A stretch of 64,000 nucleotides of DNA, taken from the NCBI GenBank assembly GCA_002269645.1, contig NIVC01002457.1, positions 43,693 to 107,692 of the forward strand. Direction: 5' to 3'. The position numbers and the translations under genes are program-made. Below are positions 25,575-37,544 of this stretch, piece by piece. The stretch comes from Macrostomum lignano. Taxonomy: Eukaryota. Every line of letters starts with the position of its first letter. Position 1 is the first letter of the stretch. The notes under the pieces are model-generated. The model was given only the letters and a program-made list of their open reading frames with translations. It ran no database searches and was not told the DNA's origin.

Positions 25575-28500
25575 GTCCCCTCCGCCTCTTCCTTCCTTTC
25601 TCCGCCCGCGTCTCGAATGGCTCGCCGAACGCAGCTGGAACGGCTCAGAGTGAGGCACGCTAGGGAGAAGGAAATGCTCCTGTGTGTTGTGGCTTTCTGT
25701 TTCTGCTTTTCACGTACTGTTTCCCTAACTAGCAGCTTTCGGCTTACTGAACTGCCTGTCTTTATTTCCTCCTCTTCGCTAGGCCACTGTCACCTGCCAG
25801 TATCTCCCGCCCCTCTCCCTGCCAGTATCTCCCGCCCCTCTCCTGCCCTCTCCCTGCCCCTCTCCTGCCCCTCTCCCTGCCCCTCTCCCTACCCCTCTCC
25901 TGCCCCTCTCCCTGCCCCTCTCCCTGCCCCTCTCCCTGCCAGTATCTCCCGCCCCTCTCCCTGCCAGTATCTCCCGCCCCTCTCCCTGCCAGTATCTCCC
26001 GCCCCTCTCCCTGCCCCTCTCCCTGCCCCTCTCCCGCCCCTCTCTCTGCCCCTCTCCCTGCCCCTCTCCCTGCCCCTCTCCCTGCCCCTCTCCCTGCCCT
26101 CTCCCTGCCCCTCTCCCGCCCCTCTCTCTGCCCCTCTCTCTGCCCCTCTCCCTGCCCCTCTCCCTGCCCCTCTCCCTACCCCTCTCCTGCCCCTCTCCCT
26201 GCCCCTCTCCCTGCCCCTCTCCCTGCCAGTATCTCCCGCCCCTCTCCCTGCCAGTATCTCCCGCCCCTCTCCCTGCCAGTATCTCCCGCCCCTCTCCCTG
26301 CCCCTCTCCCTGCCCCTCTCCCGCCCCTCTCCCTGCCCCTCTCCCTGCCCCTCTCCCTGCCCCTCTCCCTGCCCCTCTCCCTGCCAGTATCTCCCGCCCC
26401 TCTCCCTGCCAGTATCTCCCGCCCCTCTCCCTGCCAGTATCTCCCGCCCCTCTCCCTGCCAGTATCTCCCGCCCCTCTCCCTGCCCCTCTCTCTGCCCCT
26501 CTCCCTGCCCCTCTCCCTGCCCCTCTCCCTGCCCTCTCCCTACCCCTCTCCCGCCCCTCTCCCTGCCCTCTCCCTGCCCCTCTCCCTGCCAGTATCTCCC
26601 GCCCCTCTCCCTGCCAGTATCTCCCGCCCCTCTCCCTGCCAGTATCTCCCGCCCCTCTCCCTGTCAGTATCTCCCGCCCCTCTCCCTGCCAGTATCTCCC
26701 GCCCCTCTCCCTGCCCCTCTCCCTGCCCCTCTCCCGCCCCTCTCCCTGCCCCTCTCCCTACCCTCTCCTGCCCCTCTCCCTGCCCCTCTCCCTGCCCCTC
26801 TCCCTGCCAGTATCTCCCGCCCCTCTCCCTGCCAGTATCTCCCGCCCCTCTCCCTGCCAGTATCTCCCGCCCCTCTCCCTGCCCCTCTCCCTGCCCCTCT
26901 CCCTGCCCCTCTCCCTGCCCCTCTCCCTGCCCCTCTCCCTGCCAGTATCTCCGCCCCTCTCCCTGCCCCTCTCCCTGCCCTCTCCCTGCCCCTCTCCCTG
27001 CCCCTCTCTCTGCCCCTCTCCCTACCCCTCTCTCCCTGCGCCTCTCTCCCTGCGCCTCTCTCCCTGCGCCTCTCTCCCTTCCCCTCTCTCTGCCCCTCTC
27101 CCTGCCCCTCTCCCTGCCCCTCTCCTTGCCCCTCTCCCTGCCCCTCTCCCTGCCCTCTCCTGCCCCTCTCCCTGCCCCTCTCTCTGCCCCTCTCTCTGCC
27201 CCTCTCCCTACCCCTCTCTCCCTGCCTCTCTCTCCCTACCCCTCTCTCCCTGCCCCTCTCTCCCTGCGCCTCTCTCCCTGCCCCTCTCCCTAGCCCTCTC
27301 CTGCCCCTCTCCCTGCCCCTCTCCCTACCCCTCTCCCTACCCCTCTCTCTGCCACTCTCCCTCAGCCTCTCTGCCTCACTCTCCTTCCTAAGCACTAAGA
27401 TTGCATATAAGCATCGTTTTTGCAACCAATTTATTCCAGATAATAAAATGCCCTACACGCAGCACTGGAGATTATAAAAAAATAGAACTAGATCACTCCA
27501 GCTCTGTTGATTGTGCGTCAAGTTGACTGAATTCAGCTCAATTCTCTTTTTGAGATCCCCAGATAGTAGCGGAGCATTGTCAATAGGCGGAGGCTTCACA
27601 ACAGTAGCTGAAAAATCCGCGTTTCCCCCTCCACAATCACGCTGATTTCGTAGAAACGACAAAAACAGGCAAAAATAATGACGACTGCTAATGATGATGA
27701 TACACATCCCACCTCTCTGCATAAGCCCGCCCCTCTTAGCTCACCCCGGGCCAACCCAAGCCCCGTACCCCAGACCCCGCAACTCCCCATTTAGCTCGAA
27801 GATCCTTGCTAAAGTCACCCCGGCGGAAAATTTGGAAAGCTGAGACCGCACGGTTGTGGAGACGACTCTCTAATATGCCCGCTGGGGGGGGGGGCGCTGA
27901 TTCGGCGTTCATAGCGCATTCTTGTACGCGAACTGGGACTGTTAAACCGAAAGAGAGAGAGGCGAGAGGGGAGAGGCAGAGACGGGAAGGGAGGATAGAA
28001 GCCAAGTAGGGATTTTTATCCTAGCGAGGGTCCTGCTTCTCTTCCTGCCTGCCTGCCCGCCTGCCCGCCTGCCTGCCTTGCCTGTCTCCTCAGCAAGCCA
28101 CGCGATCGTCGGAAAAATGAGTAGCAAGTCGGTATAAGTCCCCCCCATCGCCCTGGCTATGCTGAGCTGTTTTGCTCTCTCCCTGTGTTTCTCAATCTCT
28201 GCTTTCGAATCTGGACAGAGGTTGGGAGGTCGGTGGGGGGGGGGGTGGGCTCTCGGTTGCAAATCTCTTTCCCCCTAATCGACTCCCATCATCTCGGCAG
28301 CGTTAGCGCTCAGAAATTCAGTTTTCTTTAACAGAGCTGAATCCCAATCCACCCCCTGCAGTGCATTTCAGATCCATATTTAGCTGCGATAGAATAGCCA
28401 ATAAAGGCAAAGCGAGCATTTGCATGCGACAGATTTTTAGGCTCAAACGAGCTGAATTAGTAATTTATCAGGCAGCTGTAGTGGATGCAGAGGGAAGCTG

Positions 28501-31500
28501 CTTTCTTTATAGTTCACTGGGTTTCAGGTGAATGGTGGCCATGAATTCGAAATTTTATTATCAGGCACGTGGAGAGGTGAATCAGGTTTGAGGAGCAGTG
28601 TAACCTCCTTTGCCATCATCTTTCCTGTCTCCTTGTTCTCATCTCTAGTCTCTCCTTTCCTCTCATCTCTAGTCTCTCCATTTCTCTCATCTCTAGTCTC
28701 TCCTTTCCTCTCATCTCTAGTCTCTCCTTTCCTCTCATCTCTAGTCTCTCCTTTCCTCTTATCTCTAGTCTCTCCTTTCCTCTCATCTCTAGTCTCTCCT
28801 TTCCTCTCATCTCTAGTCTCTCCTTTCCTCTTATCTCTAGTCTCTCCTTTCCTCTCATCTCTAGTCTCTCCTTTCCTCTCATCTCTAGTCTCTCCTTTCC
28901 TCTCATCTCTAGTCTCTCCTTTCCTCTCATCTCTAGTCTCTCCTTTCCTCTCATCTCTAGTCTCTCCATTTCTCTCATCTCTAGTCTCTCCTTTCCTCTC
29001 ATCTCTAGTCTCTCCTTTCCTCTCATCTCTAGTCTCTCCTTTCCTCTTATCTCTAGTCTCTCCTTTCCTCTCATCTCTAGTCTCTCCTTTCCTCTTATCT
29101 CTAGTCTCTCCTTTCCTCTCATCTCTAGTCTCTCCTTTCCTCTCATCTCTAGTCTCTCCTTTCCTCTCATCTCTAGTCTCTCCTACCTCTCATCTCTAGT
29201 CTCTCCTACCTCTCATCTCTAGTCTCTCCTACCCTCATCTCCAGTCTCTCCTTTACTCTCATCTCCAGTCTCTCCTTTCCTCTCATCTCTAGTCTCTCCT
29301 TTTCTCTCATCTCTAGTCTCTCCTTTTCTCTCATCTCTAGTCTCTCCTTTCCTCTCATCTCTAGTCTCTCCTTTCCTCTCATCTCTAGTCTCTCCTTTTC
29401 TCTCATCTCTAGTCTCTCCTACCTCTCATCTCTAGTCTCTCCTACCTCTCATCTCTAGTCTCTCCTACCCTCATCTCCAGTCTCTCCTTTACTCTCATCT
29501 CCAGTCTCTCCTTTCCTCTCATCTCTAGTCTCTCCTTTTCTCTCATCTCTAGTCTCTTCTTTTCTCTCATCTCTAGTCTCTCCTTTCCTCTCATCTCTAG
29601 TCTCTCCTTTTCTCTCATCTCTAGTCTCTCCTTTTCTCTCATCTCTAGTCTCTCCTTTTCTCTCATCTCTAGTCTCTCCTTTCCTCTCATCTCTAGTCTC
29701 TCCTTTACTCTTATCTCCAGTCTCTCCTTTCCTCTCATCTCTAGTCTCTCCTTCCTCCTACTCGTCTCCTTAATCGTTTATCTCTCTTTGAAGCATATTT
29801 TTATCGATGAACCGAAAACTTTGAAGTGTCGTCTCTACTCTCTCCTTTCATCTCCTCTCTGTAATCAAATATATTAATCGGCATATTTTCAATCGCATTT
29901 CGTTTGTATCCATGGCAAAATATGAGCTCTAATCCGACCGGTCAATCGAAGCAAAACTTCTCAAGCGATTCAGCTAAAAAAGATGAAATTATAGTTTTAA
30001 CTCAGAAAAATAAATTTCTCTCTTTGAAGCCTGCCAATGCATTAAAACCAAATTCAAACTAAAGCCGGAAAGACGTCGCTAACAATAATTTATTGCCATT
30101 GTTGCTCTTCTGCTCGCGAAAATCCGTACGTATTTTCATTGATTCGTAAATAGCCTCTGATGGAGAGGTCGCGTTTCCTATGGTAGATAAATCTGTTACA
30201 TTTTAAGGCTAATATCTTCTTACTTTTGCAGGATTCTATAGCTAAATAAGAAGCCAAACATTATCTATTTGCAAAAATCAGCTTAGATTTTTTTTTCAAA
30301 AAATAACTTTTAATTAAAAGACCAAGGAATGCCTGAGATACGCTCGTGACGGTGACGGTGAACTTAAAAGGCCTATAATGAATCATGCATAAGACCTTGC
30401 CATGATTCTTCTACGAGCTAATTGAACTGAAATGAATTTTCCCAATGACCTTGAGGCGAACCTTTCAAATGACCTTAAAGCGATTATTTCAAATGACCTT
30501 GAGGCAATTTTTCCAAATGACCTTGAGGCGATTCTTCCAAATGACCTTGAGGCGATTCTTCCAAATGACCTTGATGTGATTCTTGATTCTAACAAAATAC
30601 CTGATGTGATTTTTCTAAATGATCCTGGCATAATTCTACCAAACTACTTCCGATATAGCTTTTTCCAAAGGACTTTATTTAATACCTCAAAAAGCTGAGG
30701 AGACTATAATTCTAATTACAGCATAAGGTGATAAAAACAATCTAAAACCTAGACGTCAAATGGCAAATGACCCAAGCTTACGGAAATAATCTAACTGAGT
30801 TGGGATTCATTACACCACCTGAGTAGGACGCTTTATCACCAGACATGGAACTGCTGACCCACTCTTAATAAGTATAGTTAATAGCTCACCTTGAGATCAC
30901 GATAAACGACGTATCTAGAGTGCATGTGCTCCAGTCCAAGGACAATTTCGGCTGCATAGAATTTCACTTCGCGCTCTTGGAAAACGCCGTGCTGCGACAG
31001 GTGATAGTGCAGATCGCCGCCGTTCATCAGGTCCAGGATGAAGCATAGCTTGTCGGTGGTCTGGAAAGCGTAGGTCATGCACACGATAAATGGGCAGCCT
31101 TCGCCAGTGCTAACTAACGAGAGCATGATTCGCTCGTTTAACGCCAAGGTCTCTCCGCCTTTGACTTTGATTCGCTTCTTGTCCAGGCATTTCATGGCGT
31201 ACATTCTGCCAGTGTCGGCTTTGCGACAGCCGTATACCTCGCCGAAACCACCGCGGCCGATGATGCGATGAACGCTGAAGTCGTTCATCGTTAGCTGAAG
31301 AGGTAGACGAATTTAAATATTATTTTAGAAACTTTACCTGTTAGCTGTACATGCATTATGCATTACAAACACACACCCACACACCACACACTCACGCTAA
31401 TGTTTAATTCGAAGTTTTTCCATTGCAGAAATCGCGTAAATTTATCAGAGGCAATAAATGGTTTGAAAGCCTCCCGGCTGAGTAGATCTTTAATCTCTTT

Positions 31501-32084
31501 AGTATAAGGACGAAAAGTATCCTGCGGAAGAGTCTTGGTCCTCTGAGCGGCAGTCAGGTGCTCCTGAACGCTTGCGGCAGCAGCTGCGCTGAATCGATGA
31601 CTATGGGCCAGGAGTTCTTGCATGATGAATGAGTCGTAAATATTTCTACCAAGACGGATGCGCATTTCTTCGCAATCTAATTCTTCAAACTTCTGTACTT
31701 CTTCGTAAAATGCGAAAACTTGGGCGTAGTCTTCCAGCTGCTGCTCCACGAACTCCTTCATCAATAGGAAGCCAAGGCGCTGATTAAAGATCTTCTCAAA
31801 CGTAATTTCTTCTCTTTTGGATAAATGCTTCATCATAATGCTTCGCACGCTGTGGGTGAAGTGAAAAAAAGCCGTCAATAACTCATACATAAAAAATTAT
31901 TGACTACGCTTGAACTCAACTGCAGTGGATATATGCAAGTACAGAATTTAATAATAAAGAAATGATCTCACCTGGCGGGTGGTAGAGTAATTTTCTTACT
32001 TGCCCTTGCCGCTGGAGTGGACTTGGATTTTTCCATTGCCATAAGATAGCTTACATCGGCTAATACTGCTTCTAAGTCTGCCAT
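18462..32084 (-). CDS. GRK2: G protein-coupled receptor kinase 2/3 (beta-adrenergic receptor kinase) orthologue, 6 exons, about 734 aa
   Basis: Exons (minus) 32084-31972, 31849-31396, 31294-30890, 24911-24374, 20012-19549, 18692-18462, all GT-AG and phase-consistent (2205 nt). N-terminus [26 protein letters not shown] domain, [25 protein letters not shown] tail, PH domain. Confidence 0.96.
18793..19480. repeat. 35-bp and 27-bp G-rich minisatellites in GRK intron 5
   Basis: GGGGTTGGGGGGTCGGTGTGTACAGGAGTGACTCT units grading into GGTGTACAGGAGTGATTATGGCATT(G/GA) units. Confidence 0.93.
20087..24000. repeat. 40-bp minisatellite in GRK intron 4
   Basis: About 97 near-identical units of GAGTGACAGTTGAGTGATTAGAGAGTGAGGGAAGGAACAA. 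Confidence 0.98.
24016..24303. repeat. 20-bp minisatellite in GRK intron 4
   Basis: (GAGTGACAAGAGTGACAGTG)n, about 14 copies. Confidence 0.96.
24932..25153. repeat. 18-bp minisatellite next to the GRK exon 4 acceptor
   Basis: (CAAATTGTCACTGAYAGT)n, about 12 copies. Confidence 0.95.
25507..25573. repeat. (CTG)n trinucleotide repeat
   Basis: About 20 CTG units in GRK intron 3. Confidence 0.95.
25793..27365. repeat. C-rich 12-bp-based minisatellite (CTCTCCCTGCCC with CAGTATCTCCCG variants)
   Basis: About 1.55 kb; G-rich on the GRK sense strand. Confidence 0.95.
28636..29752. repeat. 24-bp pyrimidine minisatellite (CTCTCATCTCTAGTCTCTCCTTTC)n
   Basis: Direct reading; source of the MRGKERLE and SSLVSPFL ORFs. 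Confidence 0.96.
30443..30570. repeat. Short 24-bp tandem repeat (CCAAATGACCTTGAGGCGATTCTT)
   Basis: About 5 degenerate copies. Confidence 0.85.
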
Positions 32085-34589
32085 TGTAATTTTTATACCA
32101 ATAATATATTTAGGTTCAAATTAGAAAACACGATAAAGAGTTGCCCTAAAGGAATGCGGTAAATATTTCACTTATTAATGAAATTTTGCGTATTACGTGC
32201 TTACTGTACTAGACTGCGCGATAATTCAGTGAACGACCGGTTCGGTTTTGAATTTTGACAGTGAAGGAGCATCAATTGGTTTAACAAAAGAACACATTCA
32301 TAATCTAAAAGAAAAATGAAAAAAGAGTTTTTACCATTTATGACAAAATGTTTTTTTTTTAAAAACGGTTATTTTCTTAAAAATACTGAATAACGAATTA
32401 AAGGCTTGGAATTTTCAGAGCACATCAACAATCGAAATTTTTAGTTGCACATGGATTTCTACATTTTGCGTTTTAGCTCGTGTGGCTTACAATCAACTTC
32501 AAAATCTAAGTTTTTCGACGTGATCTTTTTTATTTTTTACAGCAGTTCTTTCTGTTTGTAGTAGCTATGCCATCGATTGCATCAGTTAGTTAGGCTTTTG
32601 TAATATATTGGATTTAATTCCTTCAATAAAAAGTACAAATAAAAATAAGCAAAAGTAAATCTAAATATACTAAATCTCTAATATAGTACTCATGCCATTG
32701 CCATGGACGAATATTAATAAGCATTGTTACATAGGCTTAACACATAATTGCCACAGCGTTGCATGAAAATGATTTTTGTTCGATTTTATGCCTGTTATAA
32801 AGGCAAATCTGTTTAATAATTTAGTTGAGAATCTAGTTGAGAAGTCACTAGTGCACTTAACCTTAGCTTAAGCACTTTGTCCTTGGTCTTAATTCTAAGC
32901 AATTATCGCCATAGGCCTTATTATGGTTCTAGAAGCAACAAAAATTATCAAATAAAAGTTTTTAAAATTTAACTTAAAATTTAAATTATTTTTTTGTCAT
33001 TTTTAATTTTCTATATTGCTATCTTCCTCTTTTATTTTAGTCAGTAAACTATTCTGTTTTAAATGAAATTGTTATAACATAAAATGAGAATAAATGATAA
33101 AAGTAACATCTTGAGATTTTTATAATGCTAAAAAACTTAGAGTAACTTAGAGCTCAAACAATTATTGGCAATTATAAAAAAGTACATATAATATTTATTT
33201 TTTAACTTAAAAAAATACCAAAACATAGCCTATGTCTAGGCCTATTTATTGTGATAGGAGACACATTTAACAACATGAAACTGTTTAGTTTAGTTATAGG
33301 CCTAATTATTGTTTTTCAATTGATTTTTAAATTGTGGCAAAACAGTATGCTTGATAAGGATTAATAGGACAAATGAAATTGTGAGCATTCTTTCTTTCAT
33401 TTAAACAATATGTTTTGCCAAACATTAGGCATCTTCAGGTTGTTGGAAATTTATTTAGCATTTGTCAAAATTGTACAGTATAAATACATTTTAGTAGCAT
33501 AAATTAGAGACAATTCCATAATAAATGAACAAAGAGATAAAGAGACCTTGATTTAAAGGTGAGATGGACAAAGGGAAGAGAGAAAGATAAAAAAAGAAAG
33601 AGAAAGAGAGAGAAAGAGATAAACAAGACAAAGGAAAGGAAAGCCAACTACCAAGGTAGGTAGTAAAGATATGCTAGAACATAGATGCCCAACCTTAAAA
33701 TTTTACCTGTCTGGTGCAACTAAGTTTTATCCAGATTTTTAACTTAGTTCCCTCAATTGCAACTTAATTTTCACTTTATATATGACTTTTTGCCTTTTTT
33801 CTTTTCTTCTCTTTTTCCTTCTCTTTCCTCTTTCCTCTCTCTCTCTTCTTTCTCCTTTCTTTTCCTTTTCTTCTCCTTTCTTTCTTCCCCTAATTTTTTG
33901 TTTTTTTTGCATTTTCAATTTTGGGTCTTATCTTGGCTGGTAGCCATTTCACCTGTCCCATTTGGACAAGTTGGATGGATGTTAGGCATATATATACTAG
34001 AACACTCAGGAAAGCACTAGTCCCCAGAATAACTTTACTATTTATTTAAGGTTGGTTGCAAGTTTTTAATATATATAGATTCAATAATCTTAAGGCAATG
34101 ATTGATATTGCAATTATAGATAATAATGAACCTGTCCTCTAGCTCATTCTTGACATATTCACTACAGGCCAAAAGATGGTCTTACATGGCCGATGGCTTT
34201 GACCAGTGTTCCCTACCCCTAATGTATTAGTGCTATTTGGATTTACCTAAATAGGTAATGCTCTAGTCAACAGAGCACTGAAATTGATAGAAAGGACACC
34301 TGCATATAGCAACAAAAGCATACAGCTTTAAGGTTTAGACAGGTATTGGCGAACTTCATTGCAATGAAAAATGATTTTTAGATTAGTATTGGAAACTGAT
34401 TAAAGTACCAAAGGAGCACTTTTTTATATCTAATTGTGGCCTTGCCATAATAGAGGATAGAAAGATGCTTATGTTTGATCTAAGGTTGATCTTGGTTTTG
34501 TTTATTTCTATTAGATTTTTTCAATTTTTGGTTAAGGAACTGAGAAGAAATGCTAGTAATTGTTCATATGGAAATATTTAGTGAGATTA

Positions 34590-35330
34590 GTCTTGAAAAA
34601 TCTCAAAAGCATTGTAAAGCATGGAGTGAACCAGGTGGATTTTCAACTGCTTTAGTCAAAGTGAATTAAAGTTAAACATAAGGCTGGTAAAGGTTGGCTT
34701 TCTATACACTTTGGTTGAAAGCTTCAGGCCTTCAATGTTAATGTCAATGTCAAGGAATGGTATAGTTTTGCCACTTCCTTCAACTGTGAATTTGATGTTA
34801 AGATGCATATTATTTAACTGATCAAGGAACATGGTATGGTCCACTTTTGGTCAAAAATTAAAAGTTTATCATTAATATCTCTTATAGAATTTGCAAGCAT
34901 AGTCATTTTTTAGCCATTCAGTTGGAGAGGCAAATGTTGGCAAAGGTAAAGGCAAGGGGCTCCCCATGGTGCATCTATCAATTTGGCAGTAATACTTGTC
35001 CTTACAGAGAAAAATTCCATTAGTGGCCATAACCATGAGTTTACAAAACTGATCTTTGCTAAATGATGGTCAAGAACCTTCTTTTGAGTAGACTAAGTCA
35101 ATAGCCAAGTCAATAGTGAGGCCCAATGGTATATTAGTGAATATTGAGACAATATCAAAGCTAAATAACCTATCATCCTCACTGATGTCAACCTTAAAGT
35201 GAGTTAAAGTGAGTCAAAGTGAGTTAAAAAATTCTTTACTCAATTTAACATGGTGGTCATACTTAATATGTGGCTTGATGAGGCTATCTATAAATTTGGC
35301 TTGATAATATTCAATTCTAGCTTTCTAGCT
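34590..35330 (-). mobile_element. Degenerate Penelope-like retroelement RT fragment
   Basis: Minus-strand remnants SFDIVSIFTNIP, MGSPL and KFTVE...IPFLDI...TKVYRKPTFT, typical of Penelope/GIY-YIG RTs; contains stops and frameshifts. Confidence 0.75.
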
Positions 35331-37544
35331 AATATGGATTTTTAAATTATAACCATTTAGTTGTTACAAACCTTTATCTCAATAAGTTTCAATTGATTCT
35401 CCCTGATCATTGCTTGCAGTGACTAGATGGCTAGATATCCACTTGCACCAATCTTCATTGCGCCCCTAGGTCAGTTATGTCAGGCCCAGTAGCTCTGTAA
35501 TATGGATTTTATAGTTTTGTTTTTGAACAGTTTTGTGTTGTTAAATGTGTCTCCCATCACAATAAATACACTGGTATGCATTTAAGTTGAAAAATAATTA
35601 AATTTGCACTTTTTACAATTGGCCAATTATCTATCGTCTTTAAAAAAGAGTGATAGACCTTGTAGTAATTACCTTTAAAGTTTTAATTTTATGGCTCAAT
35701 TTAACTCATGCAGTTCAGCTCAGGTTAGTTAAAAGGGATACTAGTGTAAAATCAAGAAGAGCATATTGCCAAAACCATTTTAAGTATATCTTATACCATA
35801 TAAACTTTTTAAAATATAACTCAAATAAGGCTTGATTTACATTACATATAGCTTGGAACTTTGCTTATAGTGTGCCCATGTCTTTTTGATAAGGTTTGTA
35901 TACACAGTTAAATCTTGAGTATTGACAGACAAGCCAATAAATATTTAACAATGGTTTTGAACATTATAAGTAAGTACCTTGGTAGAACTTATGATAATAG
36001 AAGTATGACTCATCCATATCAATTTCTTTGATAGGACCATCAAGATCCACTAGATGATCAATGAATTACTAGGCATATATATCTCTAATAAAGTTTTGTC
36101 AGTCAACAATGGCATTATGGCTAATGTTATACTGCTATTGGCACTTACTATACTTTGCCTCTTTAGCTCACCACCAAATAAGATCTAGCAACTAGTGCAA
36201 TATAAGGTGGTTAAATTTAAAAATGAACCTTTTCTAACTGACACCTAGGCATGACAATTAATGCATACTCATATAAGTCCATTCCAAAATTGGTTACCTA
36301 TTTGCCACTAAAGATGCATTGCTGGTGCTATATTGTTAACACCATGACTATTGGTTTGCAATAAGGTAATAACTTGTTAGATATAAATAATTATTTCTCA
36401 AGATATTGCTATAATAGTGACAAGCTCCCACATAGTAAAGTGAAGATTTTTTAGCTTGAGGCCTTGAGTGCAAGATGTAATTACCTAAAAGATACAATGA
36501 ATATAGATGCTGCTAGGTGACTAACCATGAATTGCAGTTATAGTCATTATTTGACTTAGGTGCAATTAAAGAGCTTAGCTAAATTGGCTTAGAAGTGGCC
36601 GTAGATATAAAAGCTATTTATTCTTATCACTCCTAATCCACCATTGAGCCCCACAGTTTTGACCATAGATAGTTGTTATAGTTTTATAGATTCATATCAG
36701 TTCTACTAAGTTTTGGCAAAATTTTGAATATATCATTTTCTGAGTGTTAGAAAGGTCTCAGTGACCTAATTTTATCATTTTATATCATTTCATGTTACAA
36801 CTATTTTATTTTAAAAAATACTTCAACAAATAAAAAGTGCTGAAAATATATTAAACACAAGAGAGGAAAGTAAAAAAATAAAAATGCTTCTAAAAGAAGA
36901 GAAGGGAAAGAAAAAAAATAAGAATAGATTAAAAAGTAAAAAAGCTAAGAAAAAGAGAAGAAAATAGTGCTAAAAAAGAAATAATAAAGCTAAAAATAGA
37001 TATTAAACTTGGTTATGTATACCTTAAGGGCTGGATATAGATAAAAAGCTTTATAGGCTATATATAGCTTGTGGGCTAAAGTTTGCTAACAAGTACTCTT
37101 AAGAGTTAAAAAACTTGATGAGAAACTATTGAAATTGACTACTAATTTCAAAAGTTCCTTTAAAGAAAACTAAGCTATTGAGCATTACAATTTCTATTTA
37201 ATATAAAAATTTAAGTATTAGTCTAATGGCTAAACTGCCAAGTTGTAGTATAAAAGTTCAAACTTTTTACCAAACTTATAGCTACATATAGACTCTTTTC
37301 TAAGATATAAAGAAGGTTACAAGTAAAGTCAAGTCAGTTCATTCCAAAATGCATTATATATATTGTCGTATTTTATATTGTTCAACCACTTTTTAAGGGA
37401 AGTTGCTTTAAGTTAGAATTCCACCATAGCTACTGGTACAGTTATGGGAATAAAAATGTTGGCATGGTGGAACTCCAATAAAAGCAAAAGCGCAATAAAC
37501 ATTGCACTGTAGACTATAGCAATACTGTTTGCACTCTCCAGAGC

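Noticed and set aside
27736-28262. GC-rich ORFs in GRK intron 3 as a nested gene or alternative first exon
   Set aside because: No recognisable domain and no convincing canonical donor in frame with exon 4.
25500-29738. Poly-Cys/Pro-rich and MRGKERLE ORFs
   Set aside because: Translations of (CTG)n, C-rich and 24-bp arrays within GRK intron 3.
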